30,652 nucleotides of DNA, taken from positions 1 through 30,652 of the forward strand of contig NW_021836010.1 of NCBI RefSeq assembly GCF_006345805.1, given 5' to 3'. A program made the position numbers and the translations under genes. Shown here one piece after another: positions 12,846 to 24,539 of this stretch (position 1 is its first letter; every line of letters starts with the position of its first letter). The stretch is from Octopus sinensis (lineage: Eukaryota). The notes below the pieces were generated by a model, which was not told the DNA's origin, ran no database searches, and saw only the letters and a list, made by a program, of their open reading frames with translations.

Positions 12846-12968
12846 TTTGTGTGCATATGTATACATTTATATGTATGAGTAGTAGAGTCTGTAGCGAACA
12901 ACACGGTTTTCTATACTTTGTCACAGCTCGCTTCCTTCCTTTTTAAGTGCGTCTTTTGTTATATATAT

Positions 12969-13019
<51 letters not shown>

Positions 13020-13054
13020 GCGTGTGTGGTGTTTATGTACGTATGTGTAAATGC

Positions 13055-13211
13055 CCGCTGTGTCTGGTTGTTTTTCCCCAGCATCGCCTGCCAACCGATG
13101 CTGGTGCGTTTACGTCCCCGTAACTTAGCGGTTCGACAAAAGAGGCCGATACAATGAGTACTAAACTTACAAGAATAAGTCCTGGGGTCGATGTGCTCGA
13201 CTAAAGGCGGT
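13055..13211 (+). mobile_element. Family-A SINE, 3' half
   Basis: CCGATGCTGGTGCGTTTACGTCCCCGTAACTTAGCGGTTCG...GAATAAGTCCTGGGGTCGAT..CTCGACTAAAGGCGGT matches the 3' half of the copy at 23151. Confidence 0.88.
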
Positions 13212-13766
13212 AAAAAAGTAAAAAGTAATACACATGCATTTATGATATGTATATATTATATTATTATTATATATATATATAATATATATATATATATTGT
13301 GTGTATGTATATAGTACATATATACATGTACATGTATTGTATCGACTTCTACGGCGCTGATCCGGCCGTTGTTTTTTCATTATACTTCTGATTCTGAATG
13401 TGAATTTGCGGAAAGCAATGTGGATATAAATGACTGCACGAAACTGTATGGAAGTTATACTTCCGACCAGTTTATCGCAGACCTTGGAGAATCATTCTAA
13501 CTTTAAAAAATAAAGTACTTTTCATACACTTATCAAAAGAGGAATACCACCCTAAATCTCTTACTGGACTGAACAATTTATAAGATTTAGACAGAATGAA
13601 GCAGTAAACACACTATTAAGATAATAACCCCAACATTGAAACGATTCCATCTTAACCTGTTGAAAAAGAGAAGATACAAACATGTTGTTTGATTGAGATT
13701 TGTTTCACAACCAAGTGTGTTTTGTCCAAGTGCGAGTTAACCTTGACATGTGTATTCTGTTTTCAG

Positions 13767-13806
13767 CCTTGGTTCCATGTCTGTGTGAATTTCGAGGACG
13801 GAAACT
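13767..13806 (+). other. Candidate 40-nt micro-exon (unverified)
   Basis: Branch-like TTAAC/TTGAC, acceptor TATTCTGTTTTCAG, donor ACT|GTATGG; open as PWFHVCVNFEDGN or LVPCLCEFRGRK; no confident homology. Confidence 0.3.
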
Positions 13807-13818
13807 GTATGGAACACG

Positions 13819-13861
<43 letters not shown>

Positions 13862-14306
13862 ATATCTATATATTAAAAGCAATTAAGATTCAAGTGAGTT
13901 CCAATGAATTCACATGAATGCGGTACTTAACTTAGATGCACCAGAAATTTATATGGTATTAACCATAAAATAATGTGGGTTATTATAAACAAGAAAAAGC
14001 AACAAGAATAGATTAGTTTTTCAGTACAATTGTTTCATACGAAGAACAGCTTTATTAAAAGCTGCAATATTTGCAGAATACAAGTGTCCCGTAATCATCA
14101 GCCAAAACACATATGAGTTCTCCAAACATCCTAGGGTGTGAGGCTACACTCATGAAGTAATCGAAGAGAGTTGTATAAAAAGCAAATTTAGATTGTAAGC
14201 AGACTTCCAAAGTTCTCTAATGATGCACAGTTTTATAAAAGGTTTTAAATATATATATATATAATATATATATATAATAATATATATATATATATATATT
14301 ATATAT

Positions 14307-14402
<96 letters not shown>

Positions 14403-14444
14403 ATATGTATAATATAATATATATATAAAACAGAATAAATATCT

Positions 14445-14830
14445 CATCTAGATCATCCCACGGACGCCCTATTCATAGGGATTTCGTTTGCGCATTCTAT
14501 AGGAGTCACAGGGCGCTGCTCCATGTGGTCTCGTAGTTGCCATCTAACTAGGAATATTAGGTTCTCATCCGTCTTGTATTCAAGATCCACTGCATGACAT
14601 CCTGCTAGTTCAAAGACAGGTATCTGATCTGTAAGGTTCTGCCAATAACTAAATCCACGCCCTGCAACTGATCCTTCTATTTATTGTCGTTAAGGCTTAA
14701 TCTGCCTCCTACCCTTCGACTTGTTTGGCCTGGTAAGACCTGCCTAAAGATTTCTCTCCCTCCAGCATAGCTCTCCGGATCAATAGAGCACACAGGCACT
14801 TCACCGCGACTACGTACTTGTTGAATTGGC
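14445..14830 (-). mobile_element. Possible RTE-type LINE 5' region remnant
   Basis: Minus strand GTGCCTGTGTGCTCTATTGATCCGGAGAGCTATGCTG...CCAGGCCAAACAAGTCGAAGGGTAGGAGGCAGATTAAG resembles RTE 5' regions as I recall them; no coding evidence. Confidence 0.3.
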
Positions 14831-15069
14831 CGTTGATTACACAGAAGTTCTTTGATGGGTCTTCTTTTTCGTTTCACAGGGTGTCCAACAATCCCCCTCC
14901 TCACCAATAATTTTGATAGGGTTGCCAGTTTAGTCACCGACGAGCCAATGTGAGGGATCATCCATCTACTGTGTAATCTTCCACCCTTTGACGGGTCTAA
15001 TTTTTCGTTCCGCAGGGTGTCCAACAATCATATATAATATAATATAAATACAGATAGATAGATAAAAAG

Positions 15070-15135
<66 letters not shown>

Positions 15136-15482
15136 AACGCAAAATGTCTGTGTGTGTGTCCTTCATACAATCCACATTTTTCAGTTAAAGGACTCACACT
15201 TTCAAACCGTCTAAGGGTGGTTGTTCACATCTTTACATTCCTCTGGTCACCCCGTAAAACCATTAAAAAATCAATAGAAGTGATTTTTTGTGAATTTTCT
15301 ATCCAAAACCCAATCAAAATGCACGAAACTCGATACGCCAATTAAATTCCAGCTAGCAGTATGTGATTGGTCGGAGATTTGGACAGTACTCGCGTATATG
15401 TCCGCACGCACGCAGCTCTATATGCATGTATTAGCATTATGACCCGGCAACGCCGGGTCATAGTGCTAGTGTATATATATAA

Positions 15483-16100
15483 CTTTTTATCTTTGAATTT
15501 TTATGGATTTCGGCCAGAGGCTGAGACCATGTTTGTGCACCGTCATTACCGCGTCTGTGGGGTTTTCCAGTATTGCTTCTGGTGAAGTTGGACGTTGCCG
15601 CTCTTCTCTGTGCTTTCCTGCTGCAATGTCGGTTCATCCGGAATTGCAGATAAAAAGCTGTCTAGACTTTTTTTGAAGACTTCCATGTCTACACCATGCA
15701 GATCCCAAATTTTCTGTGGTAGAGCACTAAGAAGTTGCGGTCCCTTGAATCCCAAAGTATTACAATATTAGGTTCATATCCTCGATGGAGAAGCTGGGAC
15801 CTTTGGTACTATGCAGTGCCATCTACTTCGGGGATTATTGAAGATTTCAATCCCGAAATTTGGAGCTAGACCCTCCAATATTTTCCACATGTATAGCACG
15901 TCTCCTCTTCAGAGTGTAGAGTCCCAGTTCCCTCAGTCTCTACCAGTAGCCCATGTGCTTTACTGAGTCTATCTTCTTTGTGAAGTGGTGTTGGATCGCT
16001 TCTAGTTTCGCAATTAGCTTTACACTCTGTGGGGCAATGCTGTCGGAATATTTTCCACATCATACAAATCATAGAGTGCTAACGGCAGCGTTGGAGGAAG
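15483..16100 (-). mobile_element. 5'-truncated CR1-like LINE, ORF2 C-terminus and 3' end, degenerate
   Basis: Frameshift-corrected translation SVKLIAKLEAIQHHFTKKI..GYW*RLRELGLYTLKRRR..WKILEGLAPNF..GFKGPQLLSALP..VFKKSLDSFLSAIPDEP matches the CR1-group ORF2 tail (LxLYSLERRR, FKxxLDxFL). Confidence 0.82.
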
Positions 16101-16271
16101 TAAAGGTATATATTATAGTACTTGCTGTCTCAGAAATCTCAGTGATGTCGACATTAACGTTCATTCTTCCTCGGACTACAAACCAGGCATTAAGATCGAT
16201 ACAATCAACCATTCTGTCCGCCAAAAATTCCTTGTCATTAGCCAGTATATAAATTTTTATAATCACACACA

Positions 16272-16311
<40 letters not shown>

Positions 16312-16674
16312 ACGCACACAACACACACATGTAAGTATATGTCAGCGCTGAAGCGTATTTGAACGAGTGTGTATGTGTGCGTTGATGTCACACGCACATA
16401 CATACTCAAATAAGCATATGTAAATCTATATTTATAAATCAAAAGGCTGCAGAACAATAACAGACATGGAATTTCTATGCATGCAACATTTTCAGAGTAT
16501 TCAGAATATGAATTCCACATGAGTAAAGGAAAGAGGAGAAAGAAAAAAAAGAAAGACAGGAAAAACGCAATATTCTTCAAAAAATTGCATGTGTTCATTG
16601 GTTCTTCTGGTAGAGATTTTCTATATGAACGCACACTCACACTTATACACACATTAATATACACATAAATAGAT

Positions 16675-17060
<386 letters not shown>

Positions 17061-17736
17061 TATATATATTTGCAATTATAAATAGATATATGTAAGTATC
17101 TATCTATCTATATGTAATGTGAAGTATTGATCGATTAAATCCATGTTAACCATGATAGAGAAAGAAAGGATCTCAAACAACAGATATTATTGATAAACCA
17201 TCCATCATACTAAACTGCTTGGCTCTATCATATTAAATGTTCATCCAATACAAGGTTTATACATAAAAGTATTTCTACGTTTGAGTGGCAGCGGTTTAAA
17301 ATCTATTTTATCAAAAATGTCGAACGTAATTGCATTTTTTCAACGTATATATATATACAAAAGAATGTATTATGTATATATGTTAAATCCTATATATATA
17401 TATATTAGCCCTCAAGCGACCAAAGAATATATATATATATAAATAGATATGTATACACAAACACACACACACAAACACACGCACACACGCACACATACAC
17501 TCTCTCTCTAACTCACGCACTCACTCACTCACACAGTTATATCTATATGAAACAGCGACGCGGGTAAATTTCAACGTACAAACCATAATCTTTTTTTGTT
17601 TTACATGTAATCTCTCATAGCATTATATAAATGTATTGCTATATATTTTTGTTTTATGGTGCTCTTTTGTGGCATATGCCTTGCGAAATATCTATAAATA
17701 CTGATATGCATGCAAAACTGTATAACTATATGTATC

Positions 17737-17739
<3 letters not shown>

Positions 17740-17821
<82 letters not shown>

Positions 17822-17860
17822 CATATGTATATATATATACATATGTATATATATATATAC

Positions 17861-17904
<44 letters not shown>

Positions 17905-17946
17905 CACCACACATATATACATTTACATATATATATAAATATACAT

Positions 17947-17986
<40 letters not shown>

Positions 17987-17990
17987 GTAT
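17740..17990. repeat. Interrupted (TA)n microsatellite. Similar compound TA/CA/TATG/TATC blocks occur at about 22-176, 527-725, 2345-2640, 4325-4550, 5850-5945, 12280-12670 and 14250-14430
   Basis: Directly visible; coordinates approximate. Confidence 0.95.
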
Positions 17991-18524
17991 ATAATATACA
18001 TATACAACACACACACACACCCCACACCAAACACACACACCACGCGTATATGATAGTATTTGTGGGTGAGATTGTGTTTCATTTTTCTGAAGCTATATTG
18101 CTGACAAACAATACCTGTGCAAAACAGCCCAGGTGTATCAACAAAAGATATAAAAGATATAAAATTAATTCTAAGACACTTTTTTTCTGTAGACGCCGTA
18201 CACTCACACACACGCTCACACACACACATACAGTACGCACAGGCACACGCTCTGGCGCACACTCAGCACGCGCACTCACACACTCACACAGAATGCACAC
18301 ATATGCAAATTCATATTTGATAAGGAGTGAAAGAAGAGAGCACTAAATGCTTTCTGTTGTGTATATTATTGATGTAAATCGATTTCTATATTTGAAACTG
18401 GAGTTTAGGGCCGTCATGGGTTAGCGGGCTGAAAGGCTCGGAATATTATAAGAATTCACGTCGAGGTGAAACCGGTCATCGGCGCCGTTTATTGTACTTT
18501 TGTACAATAATCTTTAATCTCTCT

Positions 18525-18943
18525 CTTTTACTCTTTGTACTCTTTTACTTGTTTCAGTCATTTGACTGCGGCCATGCTGGAGCACCGCCTTTCAGTCGAG
18601 CAAATCGACCCCAGGACTTATTCTTTGTAAGCCCAGTACTTATTCTATCGGTCTGTTTTGCCGAACCGCTAGATTACGAGGACGTAAACACACCAGCATC
18701 GGTTGTCAAGCGATGTTGGGGGGACAAACACAGACACACAGACATACACACATATATAATTATATATACATACATATATACGACAGGCATCTTTCAGTTT
18801 CCATCTACCAAATCCACTCACAAGGTTTTGGTCGACCCGAGACTATAGTAGAAATCACTTGCCCAAGGTGCCACGCAGTGGGACTGAACCCAAAACCATG
18901 TGGCTGGTAAGCAATATACTTACCACACAGCCACTCCTGCGCC
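18525..18943 (-). mobile_element. Family-A tRNA-derived SINE, full length
   Basis: Reverse complement begins GGCGCAGGAGTGGCTGTGTGGTAAG, B-box-like GGGTTCAGTCCC, internal microsatellite, ends CAGTCAAATGACTGAAACAAGTAAAAGA; collinear with the 23151 and 29150 copies. Confidence 0.92.
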
Positions 18944-19445
18944 ACTCCTCTTAGAAACTTTTTGTGGACAATTAGTGATAGAAGCTGTTTAAGGCAGTAG
19001 ACCTAATTATTATTGTTGGAATATACTTGCCCATATGTATGTATGTGTGTGTGTCTCTGTCTTTCTGTCTGTGTGTATGTACACACACACACACACACAC
19101 ACACAGAGTTCTTGCATTGTTCCACGTCAATTTTTATTTTAGTTATTTGGGAGACTCCAAGTACCAATCGGAGGGAAACTCTTAGACTTACCATGCTATA
19201 GGCCGTAGTTTCCTTTCCGCAAACTTGAAGATTCAGAAGTTGACCTATGAACTCACCTGCTTTAGAAAAGGGCTAATGATTCCCGTTGAAGAAACATTTT
19301 CCGGTTGCCGATCTTTATGGTGTTACGAAAGCTTCTGAATATGCAATAATTTTATAATATAAATATATATATATATATATGTATGTATCTATGTATGTAT
19401 AAATGTGTATACATGTACGTATACATGAATGCATGCATATATATA

Positions 19446-19611
19446 ATACGACGGGCTTCTTTCAGTTTCCGCCTACCAAATCCACTCACAAGGCTTTGGT
19501 CGGCCCGTGGCTATAGTAAAAGATACTTCCCTAAGGTGTCACGCAATGAGATTGAACCCGGAGCCATGTGATTGGTAAGCTAGCTACTTACCACACAGAC
19601 CTCCTGCGCCT
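19446..19611 (-). mobile_element. Family-A SINE, 5' half
   Basis: Collinear with the head region of the 18525 and 29150 copies up to the internal microsatellite. Confidence 0.88.
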
Positions 19612-19689
19612 ATAAGATATATATATATATATATATATAATATACACATACACACACATACACACACACATATATATATAGACTATATA

Positions 19690-19950
19690 TAGGGAGATCA
19701 AAGAGGAAAGGATCCCATCAACTTCAAACAGAGTCTGGATAGATTCCTTCAAAGAATACCAGACAAGCCACCATAATGGATACAACTCACCCAACAAGAA
19801 CTCACTACTTGAACAAAACTGGATACAACTCACCCAACAAGAACTCCCTACTTGAACAAAACTTGACTTAACCAGGATTCGAATAATCCTATCAGGTGGG
19901 CTATTAAGTTAGACATGGCCTGGACCAATCTCTGGTCTAAACATATCTAA
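19690..19950 (+). mobile_element. CR1-like LINE extreme 3' fragment with internal 43-bp tandem duplication
   Basis: Encodes PINFKQSLDRFLQRIPDKPP..GYNSPNKNSLLE, homologous to FKKSLDSFLSAIPDEP at ~15650; the unit at 19777-19819 is repeated at 19820-19862 with 1 mismatch. Confidence 0.7.
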
Positions 19951-20190
19951 GTTTATCTAAGTTATATATCTATATCTATTATGTTATGTATATATATATA
20001 TTACGTACTGTTCCGTAATTGGTGATTGGTGTGATCAATAGACTGCACTCCACTCCATCCAGCGGGTTATACATACAATATAATATCTACAGGATGGATT
20101 TTGAATAAGAGCTAGTATTAGTTTCACGCATCCGAACATACAATCTTCGGACTAGCTTATGCAATATAATATTTGCAAGTAGTCTTTCAG

Positions 20191-20227
20191 ATACGAAATT
20201 CAACATGGCTACTCTTTGAAAAAAAAA
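20191..20227 (+). other. Candidate 37-nt micro-exon (unverified)
   Basis: Acceptor TAGTCTTTCAG, strong donor AAA|GTGAGT; open as YEIQHGYSLKKK or IRNSTWLLFEKK. Confidence 0.25.
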
Positions 20228-20924
20228 GTGAGTAAGAACAAATGAGAAGTAAAGGTTAGAAATGGAATATATATGGTTGATATCATCAATTTAACGCAGA
20301 ACGGTAAAATTTTGTGAGGCTGCTTCTTCAATTAAAAGGGGGTGATATTTGCCAGTTCAAAGATAGAAACTTTTGTAGATGCTTTCATTCAACGAAAATC
20401 TCAGATCTAGGATTCAGTAGAACAGCAAAGTTCCTATATCTAAGAAGAATATGAGAACTTTCGGCTATGCAAAGCCTGATTCTCTCTGCTGAAATAACGT
20501 GTGCCAAGAATCATTCAATAAGGCTGCACTTATTGGTCTGGAGACAAGAAATCCGCGAAGTTAGATAGCTTTATCTCTAACCGAAAGTCAACTGTACACC
20601 GCAAACACTCACATATACACACGTACATAAATATTATATGTACATACAGCGCACATTTATATGTACTTGCGTATACACAATTTTAATATATATGTTATCA
20701 ATTTGTCCATATACGGTCCCGTTTCCGGAAATCGAACTTACGACTTGGTTCGTTAAGCAGCTTCAAAAATGAGACATCGGCAACTTCAAGATATCATCTC
20801 ACAAGCTCTAAACATCTTCACCGCCTTTCACTAGATCGATATACGAATTAGATGTAATATAATTATACATAAATGTAGATGTGTGCGTACGTACACGTGT
20901 GAGTACGCATATATATATATATAT

Positions 20925-21040
20925 CACCATCATGTGACCGACCAGTCCATCAGATGTAGTTACACATCGCTGGTCACAATGTGTTCGCATTGTTTTAGCC
21001 TTCGAATGACGCCACCCCGCTGGCTAAGCGAGCAGGCCAA
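20925..21040 (+). repeat. Fragment of an unclassified interspersed repeat between (TA)n runs
   Basis: GTGACCGACCAG..CACATCGCTGGTCACAATG..GACGCCACCCCGCTGGCTAAGCGAGCAGGCCAA is recalled as a recurrent octopus repeat; single copy here, so unverified. Confidence 0.4.
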
Positions 21041-21154
21041 TATATATATATATATATAATATAGTATATATATATATATCTATAACACTATATATATATA
21101 TATAGATATATGTATATATATTCAGATATATATGCATATATATATAAATTTATA

Positions 21155-21758
21155 ATAGAGGCATTATACATACATGCCAGAGGGCATTATACATACATGC
21201 CACACGCTAAGAGGGCAATTAGTCATTTCTACCAAAAATATTACTATCCCACCGAATGCAATTTTTCAAGTAAGACATTTAAAAATATAGACTGTATCAC
21301 AGTGATTTCATACTTACGTAATCATCAGCAGGCCTGGATGTATCATACATAAACGACCCTGCCTCTCTAAGCCGATCAGCTACTGATCAACATCAACGAA
21401 GCACATGGTGAGTTTACATATATTACACCTGTAAATGTCATACTTTTTACGAATTGCATTTCGGCAGGAAAAGTTTTTTCGGAATAAAATTTAGCAATTA
21501 AGGCCAACTACTTAATAGGAAAACTTACAAAAATTGTCAGGTAGATAGCGTGAAAACCTCATAAGAAACAATTTCGAAAATAATTATTTCTTATTGAACA
21601 TATAATTTATATATAGAGGGCTTATACATACATGCCAGATGGCATTATACTACATGCCACACGCAAGAGGGACAATTAGTCATTTCTACCAAAAATATAC
21701 TAATCCCACCGAATGCATTTTTCAAAGCGTGTGGCATGTATGTATAATGCCATCTGGC

Positions 21759-21760
<2 letters not shown>
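21155..21760. repeat. Unclassified element: two ~110-bp direct repeats plus a terminal 34-bp inverted arm
   Basis: 21155-21267 matches 21613-21724; 21632-21664 is the reverse complement of 21727-21760 apart from a 1-nt indel. Confidence 0.85.
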
Positions 21761-21795
<35 letters not shown>

Positions 21796-23048
21796 ATAAA
21801 GATATGTATGTCTATATATAATATATATATATACATATATATACAGATATATATATCTATATATATATATTATATATATATATATATATATACAGATATA
21901 TATATATATATGTGTGTGTGTGTTGTGTGAGTGTGTGTGCACATGTATATGTGTATGTATAATGTTTACTCACTGACTGATAAATCACGCCAGATTTTAG
22001 CTAGTAATAAAATAATGTTTTTGTTTTTACTGAAACTTGTTTACGGCGTCCATTTCTACACACGAAAACACAAAAGACACATTAATATAAACTAGTTGAG
22101 TCGCAAAAGACTTTAACTACATCTGCATGTGTATGCGTGCGTACGTTTATGTATATATGTGCATGCGCGTGTGTGTATGCGTGCGCTTGTGTGTACGCAA
22201 GTATAAAGCATTCACATAAATAATAAATGAAAAGTCTAATCGGGAGAATGTTTACGAAAACAGAAGACTGATTAGTTATTTATATACTCGAGTATTGATA
22301 AAAGAAATTCCATATGTCACAGCGAGTAACATTTGATATTACAATCTCATTTTAATCAGACAAGCATCCTGTGTTGAAACGTAGAATCTCAAGCGAGGAA
22401 AGAAAAATAACTATAATAACGAGTAAAAACCCAACAAAAATACACATTCTGCTCTAATAAATATGTACAATGTTAATGAATGAATCTTGTAATATTATTT
22501 CAGTAAAATAATCTAGATAGTTCGTAGTATCCGTGATATTTTTGTCCATTTGTGTAGAAGTCTAAAGTGAGATATTTTGTAGAAGGGTTATAACGATGTA
22601 TGCGTGCCGACATGTATGTTTATATGCGTGTATTATGTGTTTGTGTGTTGTTGTGTCGTTATCTCTCGTTCGTATTCATCATGCAGGACTCTATGGTTGC
22701 TCCCGATGTTTTACTTCGTAAATCGATTCCTGTGCATTTAGTGATACCACACCTCTGATTATATCGGTCGGTCGGTCGGTCGTCACGGATGGCATGAGTT
22801 ATACATATGGGAATTACATACACGGCACAATCACTACGGAAATGAGCTCTTGTATTACAACTGAAAGTAAAATTAGAAACGGCTGTAAGTTTTAATATCA
22901 CATATGTTTGTAATAGCTTATATCTATGGGCATGTGTGTGTGTGCGTGTACGTATGTATATATGCATCCATGTATATAGGCATACAGGCACAGAAATACA
23001 AACATTATATTAATATTTTAGTTATTATTTTTATTATTATTCAAAAAC

Positions 23049-23138
23049 GCGGTGTGTTGGCAGAAACGATAACGCGCCGGGCGAAATACTTAGCGGAATT
23101 TCTGAGTTCAAATTCCACCGAGGTTGACTTCACTTTTC
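23049..23138 (+). mobile_element. Family-B SINE 5' fragment
   Basis: TGGCAGAAACGATAACGCGCCGGGCGAAAT..TTCTGAGTTCAAATTCCACCGAGGTTGAC matches the head of the 10600-11015 element. Confidence 0.75.
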
Positions 23139-23150
23139 CTATATTTTATA

Positions 23151-23526
23151 GGCGCAGGAGTGGCTGTGTGGCAAGTAGCTTGATTACCAGTTACATGGTT
23201 TCGGGTTCAGTCCCACTGCGTGGCACCTTGGGCAAGTGTCTTCTACTATAGCCTCGGGCCGACCAAAGCCTTGTGAGTGGATTTGGTAGACGGAAACTGA
23301 AAGAAGCCCGTCGTATATATGTATATATGTCTGTGTTTGTCCTCCCAACATCACTTGACAACTGATGCTGGTGTGTTTGCGTCCCCGTAACTTAGCAGTT
23401 ACGGGAAAAGAGACCGATAGAATAACTATTAGGCTTACAAAGAAAATATCCTGAGGGTCGAGTTGCTCGACTAAAGGCGGTGCTCCAGCATGGCCGCAGT
23501 CAAATGACTGAAGCAAGTAAAAGAGT
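23151..23526 (+). mobile_element. Family-A tRNA-derived SINE, full length
   Basis: GGCGCAGGAGTGGCTGTGTGG head, GGGTTCAGTCCC B-box-like motif, ends ATGACTGAAGCAAGTAAAAGAGT; inverted relative to the 18525, 19446 and 29150 copies. Confidence 0.93.
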
Positions 23527-23529
23527 ACA

Positions 23530-23975
23530 CAACAAGTTAGACTGTTGGAAAAGAAAAAAAATTCTAACATCAGGCTACGACAAGTAAACTTAGATGCCAA
23601 GAACCCTGCTAAGTATCCGAGCTGTCCCTTATAACACTTTTATCTAGATCTGTTTCAAACTGGGTTTTACACCTCTTTCCTCTACCCATCTGTTCAAAGT
23701 ATTAGGGATAGTTCTTAGGGCACCTATAACTACTGGGATACATGTTACACGCACTTTCCATAGTCTCTGTAATTCAATGGCTAAGTCCTGGTACTTTGGT
23801 ATTTTCTCTCTATACCTTTCATATTGATTTTTTATCATCATTTGGGACTGTAAAATCAATTATCTGGCACCTTCTATTCTATTTATCTACTGCTACTAAA
23901 TCAGGTCTTCTAGCTTCTATTACTCTGTCAGTCTGAACGTTAAAACCCCACAATATCTTATATTTCTTACTTTCT
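23530..23975 (-). mobile_element. 3' fragment of a non-LTR retrotransposon with restriction-like endonuclease (R4/Dong-like)
   Basis: KYKILWGFNVQTDRVIEARRPDLVAVDK...EKIPKYQDLAIELQRLWKVRVTCIPVVIGAL: RPDLV (PD) and KYxxL motifs of RLE domains, with stops and frameshifts. Possible extension to ~24090. Confidence 0.8.
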
Positions 23976-24188
23976 ATATTATTATTATTATTATGATTAT
24001 TATTATTATTTTTATTATTACTGTCTTCTTTCAATTCTGTTTCCATTTGTTGCCGAGTTTCTTCCCAACACCTACCAATGTATACGAAACCACCTAGAAA
24101 ATTCCTCTTTTGATATTAACTTTCCCTAAGAGTGTGTCATATGAGAAGAGATCTACCTTCCATTTTTTCATTTGTTCATTCTTCTTTA

Positions 24189-24190
24189 TT

Positions 24191-24281
<91 letters not shown>
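24189..24281. repeat. Compound (ATC)n(ATT)n trinucleotide microsatellite
   Basis: Directly visible; source of the poly-I, poly-H/Y and poly-M ORFs. Confidence 0.97.
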
Positions 24282-24283
<2 letters not shown>

Positions 24284-24284
24284 A

Positions 24285-24361
24285 AGGCGGCAGAATCGAT
24301 AGCATGCCGGGACAAATGCTTAGAGGCATTTCTCCCGGTACTTTACGTTCTGAGTTCAAAT
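24285..24361 (+). mobile_element. Family-B SINE head fragment
   Basis: AGGCGGCAGAATCGATAGCATGCCGGG..GGCATTTC..TTACGTTCTGAGTTCAAAT matches the family-B head. Confidence 0.7.
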
Positions 24362-24365
24362 ATAT

Positions 24366-24397
<32 letters not shown>

Positions 24398-24539
24398 CTC
24401 TAATCTGCTCATCTATCGCGGGGGTGTTACGTTCCTAAAGCCCCACCGATAGTACTGTATTGTATATTTTTTATTATTATTTTTTTATATTTCATTTATA
24501 ATTATTTAATTATAAATGCAAAACAACACCACGAAGGAA

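Noticed and set aside
13385-13814. Shared 13-mer AAACTGTATGGAA at 13441 and 13802 as paralogous, mutually exclusive exons
   Set aside because: The first site has no adequate acceptor and similarity outside the 13-mer is minimal; likely chance.
14445-14830. HDV-like ribozyme at the 5' end of the putative RTE remnant
   Set aside because: Could not identify the nested double-pseudoknot pairings by eye, and the RTE assignment is itself weak.
16455-16525. CATGGAATT...AATTCCACATG as a pre-miRNA hairpin
   Set aside because: Pairing is limited to a short interrupted stem; the interior does not fold into a long hairpin.
24414-24452. CTATCGCGGGGG...CCCCACCGATAG as the missing hAT right end
   Set aside because: Does not match TAGGGCTG; it is an imperfect palindrome more like a pogo/Tigger-type terminal remnant and too short to call.
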